This document shows, in pieces, positions 50,834 to 60,031 of a stretch of DNA of 64,000 nt. Origin of the DNA: Veleropilina oligotropha. Taxonomy: Eukaryota. The translations under genes were made by a program, and so were the position numbers. The notes beneath the pieces were generated by a model. The model was not told the DNA's origin and searched no databases. It saw only the letters and a program-made list of their open reading frames with translations. The stretch lies in the NCBI GenBank assembly GCA_048128005.1, contig JBEUKZ010000032.1, forward strand, positions 310,001 through 374,000, given 5' to 3'. How positions within the stretch are numbered: the stretch's first letter is position 1; the number at the start of each line of letters is the position of its first letter.

Positions 50834-52699
50834 AGCTACTTACACGGGTAGGTAGGAGATAGTGTTTTTAAGTGATAAGGATATTTCCTGGGTAGTTTAC
50901 CAAATTACTACTACAACCTCGATTGTACCTGATCCGAGAGTTGGAAAAGGCTGAAATACGCTTAAAAACTTACGGCGGATTATACGCCCAAAAACACCGA
51001 CTTTGATAAACCTTTTTATTACAAGTCGGCCAACGAATTGAGAAACGGGAGGTCTTTCTTATACAGAAACCGCCCTTTACACCTAAAACCTCTTGGATGT
51101 ATATATATCAATTTGTTAGAATTCGGCGTGTTATCCCCGACTTAGCAGATTTACCAAGATAACGATAGTTAAATTCTAAACAATCTGCTTTTCAACGACG
51201 ATAAAATTTATTACATAAATTTATAGCAAGAAAAACGTCGTTGAGGAATTATCGTATATATAAATGAAATGCAATGCAAATTCAAGCAATATCAATAATA
51301 CAACTCTCTCCTGACTCCGTAGTAATTGCTAGGGAGCTTCCTTCTTTAAATATCCCTCTGAGCGTCCTCTTTATTTTCTCTTTCAGAATTTCAAGATGGC
51401 GTCGTCAATGGAGGATGTTGATTTCGTTTTTTGTCTGTAGTCGACAGGAAAAACTTTTTTTTTTTTTTCTTTTTCCAAGAAGGGCTTATTCAGGAGGAAA
51501 ACTCTCTAATTTTCCACTAAACGTGTACACAACACTATCAACAACCTTATGAGCTATATTGATCTTTAGATCAGGCTCGAAAAGATCGATTTTCACAAAA
51601 AAAATGTGGAGCAAAGTAAAACACGACTTGTTCAATCGAGCGGAAAACTTCGGATGAGGTCTTGACCCTTGGGTCACGAGGATCTCGCGGGAGTTGGCGA
51701 GCTCTTAATAGACATGAACTGGAGGAGGTCGAGCAGGTCAGTGGGTCAACTGGGTTAAATTTACTAAAAAGTGCAAATTACCATTTCCACCTTGTCCGGA
51801 TTTAGCGATAATAGGCTTATTATGGCATTAGTAAGGACGTAAGTATATTTGATATAGATATCAAGGTAACATGTTTGGTAGCCGAGATATAGACCGGACA
51901 ACATTACAAATTGCGAATATATTTTGACCTTGACCTTTGACGAAAGGCCATTTTTCGTATTTGTTATATGATGTACTAACCCTAAGGGAATAGTTTGGCC
52001 CCGAAAAATAAAAAAATTACAAAAAATAAAAAAATCTAAATATAGAAAATTTGTGAAGGTCACTACGCAGAGGTCAAAGGCCAAATAATCAAAATGTTAC
52101 TGCCATGCACAGGTTTGAAGTATAGGCAACACATCTAAGAAAAAATTAGAAGGCTAACTTGTTTGGTGTCCGAGAACCGGCCCGGACAAAATTTAAGGGT
52201 CAAAGGTCATTGCCGCAAGGTCAAAGGTCATTCACGTGAAATTTTGCCAACATGCACTAGCGTATGACAAGGGTAGTTAGCATACCACATGAAATCAAGG
52301 TAAAATGTTTGGTAGCCGAGATATAGGCCGGACAACATTGAAAATTGTGAGTATATTTTGACCTCTGTGACCTTGACCTTTGACCAAAGGCCATTTTTCG
52401 TATTTGTTATATGATGTACTAACCCTAAAGGAATAGTACTAAGAAGGCTAACTTGTTTGGTCTCCGAGAACCGGCCCGGACAAAATTTAAGGGTCAAAGG
52501 TCATTGCCGCAAGGTCAAAGGTCATTCACGTGAAATTTTGCCACCATGCACTAGCGTATGATATGATAAGGGTAGTTAGCATACCATATGAAATCAAGGT
52601 AACATGTTTGGTAGCCGAGATATAGGCCGGACAACATGAGCCGCCCGTCCGCCGGCCTCGGGCGATGACAATAACCCCAGCTTTTTTTAAGCTGGGGTT

Positions 52700-52933
52700 A
52701 AAAACTCTACAAGAAGGCAGCTTGCCTGATGGCTGGAAGACTGGAAATATTACCCCAATCTTTAAAAAAGGTAGTCGATCAAATACCCAAAATTATCGAC
52801 CTGTTAGTCTGACCTCAATAGTAGGCAAAATAATGGAATCTATCTTAAAAGGATGCTATCTTAAAACACATAAATAAATTTGGCCTTCTAAACCTTAGTC
52901 AGCATGGGTTTTTGGAGAAAAGATCTTGTTTAA
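52700..52933 (+). pseudogene. CR1 LINE segment 2 (RT N-terminus)
   Basis: KTLQEGSLPDGWKTGNITPIFKKGSRSNTQNYRPVSLTSIVGKIMESI...QHGF..KRSCL. Confidence 0.92.
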
Positions 52934-54571
52934 CTCTTTAGCGCCTGAATTAATATGGAGAAAACATATGCAACATATACATATCCATTATATTTTTTGC
53001 TCTTGTGGCTTTTAATATTGTTCACAGTTATACAAAACCATATATCACATAGGCGGATCCAGGGGGGGGGGGGTCCTGGGGGTCCGGACCCCCCCCTTTT
53101 TCAGACCCCCAAAATGTATACACTGTTGTATCATTAAAAGCAACGCTGCAAATGCACCATTCCTAGTGTATCAATATCTAAAATTTGCTGGCTCGCTACG
53201 CTCGCCTTACTTCGGCTTTTCTGCGAATAGGCCAGCCCTACGTTTGCTTTCGTTTTCGGCAGCTCCTTGGGAAATTTTCAGAAAATATTGCTCTAAAACA
53301 TGATATTTTCACCTTAGAATGCAGGAGAAGCCGTTTCACGTCTTTAAATAATACAATTTTCCTCCGCGTGTGGCTCCACCCCCACGCGGACAGTGGATAG
53401 TAGATAAGTAGATATGCCCCCCACCCCAACCCATTTTCAAATTACTTACTATGCCAATGTTAATATGTATACAAGCCCGTACGGCGTAGGCAGGTTTCCT
53501 GACGGGGAGGGGTGTGTGGGGGGGTGCGAATGTATTAAGTCTATTCTGAATCTCGCTATATTATGAACGTTACGCGTGGGGGCAATACGGAATTTGCACT
53601 CTAAGAGTGCAGGACGGGATTTCCCGCAACTAGTCGTCAACATTTTCCTTCTCTTATGATGGGAGCATTGATGGTATAATATAAAAGTTGGACCCCCTTT
53701 CCAGAATACTGGATCCGCCTATGCACCGCCCCGTTCCCATCCCGACAATAATTGATAGTACATGTACTATATTTGACCAATACGAAAATTTTCTCATTAA
53801 ATTTGGTGAAAATGGTTGATAAATGTTGGTAGAAATATAGAGTTTGCACTCTTAGAATGCAGGAGAGGGGGTTTAACACAGTTAGTTGTAAAAAAATTCT
53901 TCCGCGTGGGGCCCCACCCCCCGCGCGGACAGTTGATAGTAGATATATTTTTTAAAATTTGGACCCCCCCTTTTCTAAAATCCTGGATCCGCCCCTGTAT
54001 CATAATATGCATAAATATGATATGCAGAAATGAATACTCTTTCATTTGACGTTAAGTATGAATTAATATTTAAAAAATAACGTTTGATAGCATATGTAAC
54101 CTAATTTAGATTATATAAATATTTTTTTTAAATATATAAAAAAGTAATTTTTTGAATATGTAATTTTTTTTCAATAGCGATTGATGCTTTATCTCATATG
54201 AAACAAAAGAGTGTGCAATTGTCAGTAGTTTGCCATAAATGAACAGTGCCATATACTGCCATATACTGATGTGCTAATTTTGACAAATAATGATAACAGT
54301 CATACTATTTATTATGTGTCAATCAGCAATAAAGTCATCAGTCTGAGTATTTTTGCAATAATTATTGTCAGATTTATCCCTAAACAATATTATTTTCCAA
54401 TATATAATTACGTACTGTCATACTCATGCCGAAATATTCATTATCTATTATCTGGCAGTCTTGCAAATAAACATTTGAGTGCACTTGTAGACACATTAAA
54501 CCTCTGTTGACAAGCAATAACACAGAGTTAGTAGAACAAGGTCGTTTTCGCCCTTATGCGGCACCAAAGAG
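52934..54571. mobile_element. Non-autonomous TTAA-specific (piggyBac-like) insertion in the LINE
   Basis: TTAA is duplicated at 52930-52933 and 54572-54575. Imperfect TIRs CTCTTTAGCGCC and GGCACCAAAGAG. Removing the insert restores KRSCL|TNLLEFFEDVT. Confidence 0.85.
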
Positions 54572-54620
54572 TTAACAAACTTACTGGAATTTTTTGAAGA
54601 TGTAACAAGTGCAATTGACA
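54572..54620 (+). pseudogene. CR1 LINE segment 3
   Basis: LTNLLEFFEDVTSAID, then an abrupt break. Confidence 0.85.
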
Positions 54621-54928
54621 TATAATAATAATATATAATAATAAAGCTTTATTTAAAGAGGCAGTACAGTTAGCTGGTTTAGCAGCAGGGGGGGTCAGTA
54701 GACTTTTTAGAATGGGAAAATAAGGCTCCCAGCACCCGTTCCGAGCCTAGGGTAGCTTAGAGTAGGGATGAATGCACCTTTTCCGACCCAACGTAGACTA
54801 TATAGAGCCCCCAGGGACGGCCCACTACCCTCGCCGGCCCGGGCTCCTCAGTTATGCGAGCAGTAGCAGGGGGGGTGATTGGACTTTTTAGAATGGCAAA
54901 ATAGCAGCCCGGCGAAGGCTATAGGACA

Positions 54929-55231
54929 TCACTGAGGGCCCGCCGGCGTTTGATTTCGTACAACTCCCTTTCTACCGTCTTTGGTCTTCTTCTTATATAT
55001 CGCTTGTTCACCATTGTCGAGTACAACGATCAAAACGTTATAGCCCCGGTTTAAGAGGTTTTTAACACGCCTGAAGCTCCGTTCGCCGTACAGCGTAGGA
55101 ATGTCTTCCTGCGGCATGTTGCTTTCAAGTATAACTACACAACGTCTAACATGCCGGCTGTTTAGATAAATATGTAATTCCCGCTGGCGAGCGTACAGTT
55201 GCATGGCGAATGCTGTCCTATCTGACTCCAC
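54929..55231 (-). CDS. Hypothetical viral protein
   Basis: ORF at the end of the minus-strand gene run; no recognisable motif. Confidence 0.4.
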   Translation of the reverse strand: MESDRTAFAMQLYARQRELHIYLNSRHVRRCVVILESNMPQEDIPTLYGERSFRRVKNLLNRGYNVLIVVLDNGEQAIYKKKTKDGRKGVVRNQTPAGPQ

Positions 55232-55602
55232 GAACCCCCGCAGCCGGTAGATAACATGGAGAAGTAATGCCCGCGTTTACCACGGCATAAGGACGGCTCA
55301 GCGCACTCGATGCAGACCACAGTATTTGGGTCGGGAGGAGCCCCCCCCACCCCACACTCATTCTCTCTGATAATAAAATAGTGGCATGACGGTGGGGAGA
55401 CATCAGGGGTGGGGTCTCTACCCGGGCGAAGAAGCAAGTTTCTACGCAAGTGATCGAATCGGGCGTTATACCTGGGATGATTTCGGTACCTAGCCCACGT
55501 GTGTTCGAGAATTAATGCAGTGTCGTGTGTCGACGCCTGGGTGGTACCCCCTAGCCAGCACACCGCGACAATGCACAGTAGCATAGATTTCATGGATTTC
55601 AT
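55162..55602 (-). CDS. Secreted Cys-rich protein, possibly cystine-knot cytokine-like
   Basis: Signal peptide MKSMLLCIVAVCWLGGTTQA; 8 Cys in the mature part with a C-terminal CxC. Confidence 0.65.
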   Translation of the reverse strand: MKSMKSMLLCIVAVCWLGGTTQASTHDTALILEHTWARYRNHPRYNARFDHLRRNLLLRPGRDPTPDVSPPSCHYFIIRENECGVGGAPPDPNTVVCIECAEPSLCRGKRGHYFSMLSTGCGGSWSQIGQHSPCNCTLASGNYIFI

Positions 55603-55684
55603 GGTTGTCCAGATATCACTGTCGATTTCTAGCTTTAATACGGGGGAGGAGCGGGGTAGTCGTGGCTACGCTCAACCTGGATAG

Positions 55685-56320
55685 TTAGTCGCCAGCTCCG
55701 ATTTTTTTCAGCAGCTCTGCGCGACCCTCTAAACGACCTCGCTCAATAAGCTCGCTTTGGGTCTGTGAAATCGCGGTGTGCGCCTTCCTACTCTTATCCC
55801 GGATTGATGCCTTCATGGCTTGGTATTTCTCCATCTCCCCTGTGACCAGTTGGAATTCATCATCAGACATCACCCCGTCCGATAATGCCTTTGAGACGTG
55901 GTCGGTTATGGTATTCAGCTTGCTGTCGGCCAGGACTCGAATCTCGTCGTGTTTCTTAGCCTTCACCCCGAGGCGCCGGCTGATATATTTCCCACCCATA
56001 CTGGCGAGCCCACACCCTAATGCCGCTAATTCCAGCACTAGGACGACCGGGGCGGCTACAATTGTGGAAAGTAGACCAATTCCAGCGCTACCCATACCAA
56101 GTGTGGCGACGACTAGCCCGTTATCTATCCCGTCAACGACGTTAACACCTCGTCGGTACTTTTTATATAGTGCAGCCCGGGCATCCCGTTCTCGCTCTAG
56201 CTGTCCCTGAAGCTCATTCACTTTCTGTAGTCGGAAAGACTGTGCCTCATGCAGTTCCGAAGGCACATCGCCACCAAGCTGTGGGTACAGCGTTGGCGCT
56301 GAGGGTTTGTTGTCCATCAT
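55685..56320 (-). CDS. Viral coiled-coil / hydrophobic-hairpin membrane protein with PSAP and LYPxL motifs
   Basis: ATG at 56320 overlaps the upstream stop (ATGA). MMDNKPSAPTLYPQL is followed by two Gly-rich hydrophobic segments. Confidence 0.8.
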   Translation of the reverse strand: MMDNKPSAPTLYPQLGGDVPSELHEAQSFRLQKVNELQGQLERERDARAALYKKYRRGVNVVDGIDNGLVVATLGMGSAGIGLLSTIVAAPVVLVLELAALGCGLASMGGKYISRRLGVKAKKHDEIRVLADSKLNTITDHVSKALSDGVMSDDEFQLVTGEMEKYQAMKASIRDKSRKAHTAISQTQSELIERGRLEGRAELLKKIGAGD

Positions 56321-56664
56321 ACGTGGCTGTATTGTTCCGCCTGTTTGTTTAAAATGTCTACTGTAACGTTCAAATACAGAGTGCCGACCCACGGGGCCTT
56401 GACGACAAAGGCGAGGGTTAACTTATCCGAATCCAGGCTGAGTTTACTTATGGAACATGCCTTGGGGCCCCCGGCCGGCTGGACCGGCGTCAGGTGGATC
56501 ATTAGAAGGGCTGGGTTCAACCCGAACCGACCTCTAGTGTTTGGAAACATGAACTCCCTCCTCGCCAGCCCCTTATTGGGCGCTACCCCACAATTAAGGA
56601 CAAAGTGCCACTGGGTCGCTGAAGAGGGCTCATCTGCAAGCAGGGTCCCGTAGATGCTGCTCAT
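56317..56664 (-). CDS. Hypothetical viral protein (115 aa)
   Basis: ATGA overlaps with both neighbouring genes. Confidence 0.7.
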   Translation of the reverse strand: MSSIYGTLLADEPSSATQWHFVLNCGVAPNKGLARREFMFPNTRGRFGLNPALLMIHLTPVQPAGGPKACSISKLSLDSDKLTLAFVVKAPWVGTLYLNVTVDILNKQAEQYSHV

Positions 56665-57401
56665 TGTATCGCAAGGACTGCGGTAATGGGCATGCCGTGA
56701 TTGTCGATCGGGTTACTGTCTGCGTCTGTGACGTACACCTTCAACTCTGTGATTAGCCCGGCCTGTAGTCGCCGGCCGGCGGGATAGCTATGATAGTGGC
56801 CAGCTTCACCGAACATCTGCGACGTGATAGGGACCACCGCGAGAATAGTGCTCGGGGCGCCGTCCTTCACATTGTGCGTTGTACTGAGCTGCTCCAGGTG
56901 AACGTGCAGGGTTGGCGCTATGGCAAACCCGACAGGCTTATTCCCGTCATAAGTCCCAGGGCGTAGCCACTCGGATCTCTCCGGAGGGGGAGGTGGTTGG
57001 CCCTGTACTCCCCGAACCGGTTGGTTCAGATTCCCTGCTTTATCGAGAATAAACGAAGAGAGGTCTAAGCCGAGGAGTTTTCGTATATCGTCGCTTATCG
57101 CGAGTCGAGTCCCCTCTGGGACCACGATTCGGGCGAGCCCTGTAGCATGGCTTACATCTAGCTGTATGTTAACTAGCGACCTCTTCATCGTCTTGGCGAG
57201 GTCATCGAAGCTGTAGAAACCTGGTGCCACGTCGACCGTGGTATCCGGGGTCTTAAAGAAGGCTCCGGCATGCACATTGTGCCAGCCTACCCAATAGTCG
57301 AGTGACTGCAAGCTGACACATAGCTTGCCGTCCCGGTTATCAATCGGCTCCAGGAGGGCAACCGCGGTCCCCTCTTGAACGTTTGTTAATGTGTGAAACA
57401 T
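56661..57401 (-). CDS. Minor capsid (penton-like, single jelly-roll) protein
   Basis: Pattern typical of Polinton/virophage minor capsid proteins: W.NV, V.PG.YS, STILAVVP, and C-terminal ITELKVYVTDADSNPIDNHGMPITAVLAI. Confidence 0.75.
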   Translation of the reverse strand: MFHTLTNVQEGTAVALLEPIDNRDGKLCVSLQSLDYWVGWHNVHAGAFFKTPDTTVDVAPGFYSFDDLAKTMKRSLVNIQLDVSHATGLARIVVPEGTRLAISDDIRKLLGLDLSSFILDKAGNLNQPVRGVQGQPPPPPERSEWLRPGTYDGNKPVGFAIAPTLHVHLEQLSTTHNVKDGAPSTILAVVPITSQMFGEAGHYHSYPAGRRLQAGLITELKVYVTDADSNPIDNHGMPITAVLAIQ

Positions 57402-57408
57402 AGTAGCT

Positions 57409-58689
57409 ATGGCTAAGAGCGCCTTTGCGTTTAATAGGAGTGCGGCCTATCCGACCGGTGTGGTGTACCCAGCAAAGATCAAAGATGAGCAGCTTACGAG
57501 ACCAAGCATCAATGTGGGTAATAGCTCAACCACTACATTCGGGGCAACATACCCTGACGTCTTTCAGAAATACCGCCTCCCTCATGTCGCTAGTGACGGG
57601 CTGATAAGGGATTGGAACAGCACGCCGATGAGGTTCTGGCAGAACAAGGTCAATTTCGCAGTTTGGTGTGCCACAACAGGTTCCGGAATCTCCTCAGAAG
57701 ACCACTTAAATGCGACCGACCCCCTCTCCACTGCTGTATTCACCTTCCACGTCTACTATCAGGTCAGACGAATCTTATCCGAAATTCAGGCGCCGCTGCC
57801 ACAGGACCGGACGTGGGATGCATTCGACAACCCGTATGACCGCAGGGCATATGAGAAGATCTGCAGCGAATTTGGGGTGTCCCCACATACCGACTGGCGT
57901 GTCAAGGGTCCCAACGGCGGACTAGGCACCGCTTACAGCTACTGGACGAACAACGGCTACCACCCCATCGGACGTGAGTATGATCCAAGCCGAATGTCCT
58001 TCACCAAAGGTACGACCAACACGAATCTGCACGTGGACTACATCGCGCAAGCGCCTGCGCTTAAAAACGGTTGGGCTACTTTTATTCTGGACAGGTCGGT
58101 GGGATTCACGAGGGCCGGCGTGGAAAGGCTCAATGATTCCATCAGGACCTACGTCTGGGCTATTCTTGGAGCGCAGGCTCAAACGCGTGCAAGTATTCTG
58201 GGTAGTGGGACGGCATTTGACGCACAGAAACAGTTCCTGGCGAACGTGGAAGACGCCATCGCATCCCCCGTTGACCTCCCAGCAGCCATCAAACGGTACC
58301 AAGAGGTGCTCCAGTATGCGAGGTCCAAAGTGGACTTCGTATTCGGCGTTGGCCTGTACATGGCGCCAAGTAACATGCTTCTACGGATCGGGCAGGTGGC
58401 TGGTTATAACAATGAGATCGTCGTCGCCACGGAAGACCAGACACTCGGTCTTAATACTACGGTGAACGCGGCCAGTGTGCCGCCCAACGCCACTGGGGAT
58501 ACTGGAGAAACAGGACTGGTTATTCCACAAGACGCAGATGCAAGCATACCGGTAGTTACTCCGAAGCATCCAAGCTCTCTGCCAGCTGTGGCCTCAGTGG
58601 CGGCTGTTCCAGCGGCACATGACGAGGAGAAAACCGCACTTATCGTGGGCGGCATTGTCGTTGGTCTAGCGTTTATTTGGCTTACGTGA
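57409..58689 (+). CDS. Viral protein of unknown function with C-terminal transmembrane anchor (426 aa)
   Basis: Intact ORF; Pro/Ala-rich linker followed by ALIVGGIVVGLAFIWLT. Confidence 0.85.
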   Translation: MAKSAFAFNRSAAYPTGVVYPAKIKDEQLTRPSINVGNSSTTTFGATYPDVFQKYRLPHVASDGLIRDWNSTPMRFWQNKVNFAVWCATTGSGISSEDHLNATDPLSTAVFTFHVYYQVRRILSEIQAPLPQDRTWDAFDNPYDRRAYEKICSEFGVSPHTDWRVKGPNGGLGTAYSYWTNNGYHPIGREYDPSRMSFTKGTTNTNLHVDYIAQAPALKNGWATFILDRSVGFTRAGVERLNDSIRTYVWAILGAQAQTRASILGSGTAFDAQKQFLANVEDAIASPVDLPAAIKRYQEVLQYARSKVDFVFGVGLYMAPSNMLLRIGQVAGYNNEIVVATEDQTLGLNTTVNAASVPPNATGDTGETGLVIPQDADASIPVVTPKHPSSLPAVASVAAVPAAHDEEKTALIVGGIVVGLAFIWLT

Positions 58690-59995
58690 CCCACTGTCTA
58701 GCGGCAATAAGAAGCAAGCCCCCAACTGATATGACCAGTGCCCACAGGTTTTCGGCGAGCCACGACGCAGTCTTGCCAATCAGGTTGATTAGCCAGGAGA
58801 CCAGGCTTCCAAGTATTCCTGGGAGCGCGGCTGCGGCCTTCCCTGCTAGTTTGCCCAGAATCCGACCCAGGGTCTTCAGCTGCTTTTTTACCCACTCCTT
58901 GACCCCGCCCTGACCACTGGGAGGTGGTGGTGGCGTTGGCGGGCTTGTTGCTCCACCTGTCAGGGCTAGTACCAAAGTCGAGATGGCAAGCCCGATAGCG
59001 GTGAGTATTGTTGCGATCGTGACCCCTTGCTCGCGGAACAGGGTCCGGATACGCTCGGCCAGCGTTGTGTCGGTGTCCAGGATCCGACTTATCATCTCTC
59101 GGATCCGGCTGATTTGAGAGCGAAGGGCCTCCCGGCTTGATGAGGCTGCCTCTAGGCGAGCTGCTCTTTCATCATTCAGGTCGCGCAGACGTTCCGCGAT
59201 CCGTCGACGGATGAACTCATCCACACCGCCCTCTTCATCTGCCTGATCGAGCTTCATCTTCTCCAGCTCTATGTGTTCGTCCAGCGCCGTTAGTTTGGCT
59301 AGATTGTTGGTTAGTTCGCCTCGGATGGTCTGCATCGCCTTATCAAGTCCGCGAAGCTCGCGAAGATTTAATGGAGGGTCCCCCATTGTGCCTAAGATCT
59401 CTTCAACCTCGGTATCAGTGAATTTCGTCTCCATCGTGTGGATTGCTACCGAGGCATCAGTAGCAGTCTGCCCCAAGTCCCGCAGTTCTACGTTTTCGAC
59501 ATTAGCGGCCGCACCGCTCAACTCGTTGTCGGCTGTCTGAAGAGCTGCAACCGCTTTTGAGGACGGCTTTTGTCCCCCCCGCGTCCAGTGTACAAAACCC
59601 AACCCTTCACGGATTGCATCACCCCCACCAGGTCGGCCAGCTATTGTTGACAACGCCAAGGGGTTGCCGGTGCGAGAATTTATGAGATTGATGTCGGGGT
59701 AGTCCGTCATCACCAATTTCCCCCCCCTCCCTAATTGTCCCCTCACATACTTGAATTTTGAATAATCTCGCCCTGCGGCTGGGGTCTGCCCCTCCTGTGC
59801 CAGGGCTTTGTAGTAGTCGTCAACTACGCCCTGAACGAGCTCTTGCTGAAGACTGCTGGTTCCTTCCTGTGGCCGTTCCGAAAGAACAGGCATAAACCGG
59901 TCGGTGGATAGATCCACATCAGTATCGTCGATGATGGTATCATCGTTGTCGATGAGATCGTCCGGCTCGAATGCGGGGTTCTCGAATTCCGCCAT
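58682..59995 (-). CDS. Viral coiled-coil protein with hydrophobic and amphipathic C-terminus (candidate membrane-penetration protein, 437 aa)
   Basis: Acidic N-terminus with FENPAF, long coiled coil, TM segment, poly-Pro, Lys-rich amphipathic helix and terminal TM. Confidence 0.85.
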   Translation of the reverse strand: MAEFENPAFEPDDLIDNDDTIIDDTDVDLSTDRFMPVLSERPQEGTSSLQQELVQGVVDDYYKALAQEGQTPAAGRDYSKFKYVRGQLGRGGKLVMTDYPDINLINSRTGNPLALSTIAGRPGGGDAIREGLGFVHWTRGGQKPSSKAVAALQTADNELSGAAANVENVELRDLGQTATDASVAIHTMETKFTDTEVEEILGTMGDPPLNLRELRGLDKAMQTIRGELTNNLAKLTALDEHIELEKMKLDQADEEGGVDEFIRRRIAERLRDLNDERAARLEAASSSREALRSQISRIREMISRILDTDTTLAERIRTLFREQGVTIATILTAIGLAISTLVLALTGGATSPPTPPPPPSGQGGVKEWVKKQLKTLGRILGKLAGKAAAALPGILGSLVSWLINLIGKTASWLAENLWALVISVGGLLLIAARQWVT

Positions 59996-60031
59996 TTGAA
60001 TACATCAGTGGGATACGCATCTAAATCAGCC

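Larger units (their letters stand above)
44432..51861 (-). mobile_element. Structurally complete DIRS retrotransposon (copy B)
   Basis: 205-bp inverted terminal repeats at 44466-44670 and 51645-51849; ICR at 44735-44824 complementary to both termini; gag, RT-RH-MT and overlapping YR ORFs. Confidence 0.96.
44118..52699. mobile_element. HINE-like element inserted in the LINE, itself split by DIRS copy B
   Basis: The repeat unit ...GCATACCATATGAAAT|CAAGGTAACATG... is continuous across the DIRS. Terminal hairpin TAACCCCAGC..GCTGGGGTTA at 52672-52700. The LINE frame resumes afterwards. Confidence 0.8.

Noticed and set aside
42262..54620. Search for TRMU exon 1 (SGGVDS PP-loop)
   Set aside because: No matching minus-strand segment was found by eye, so it is not annotated.
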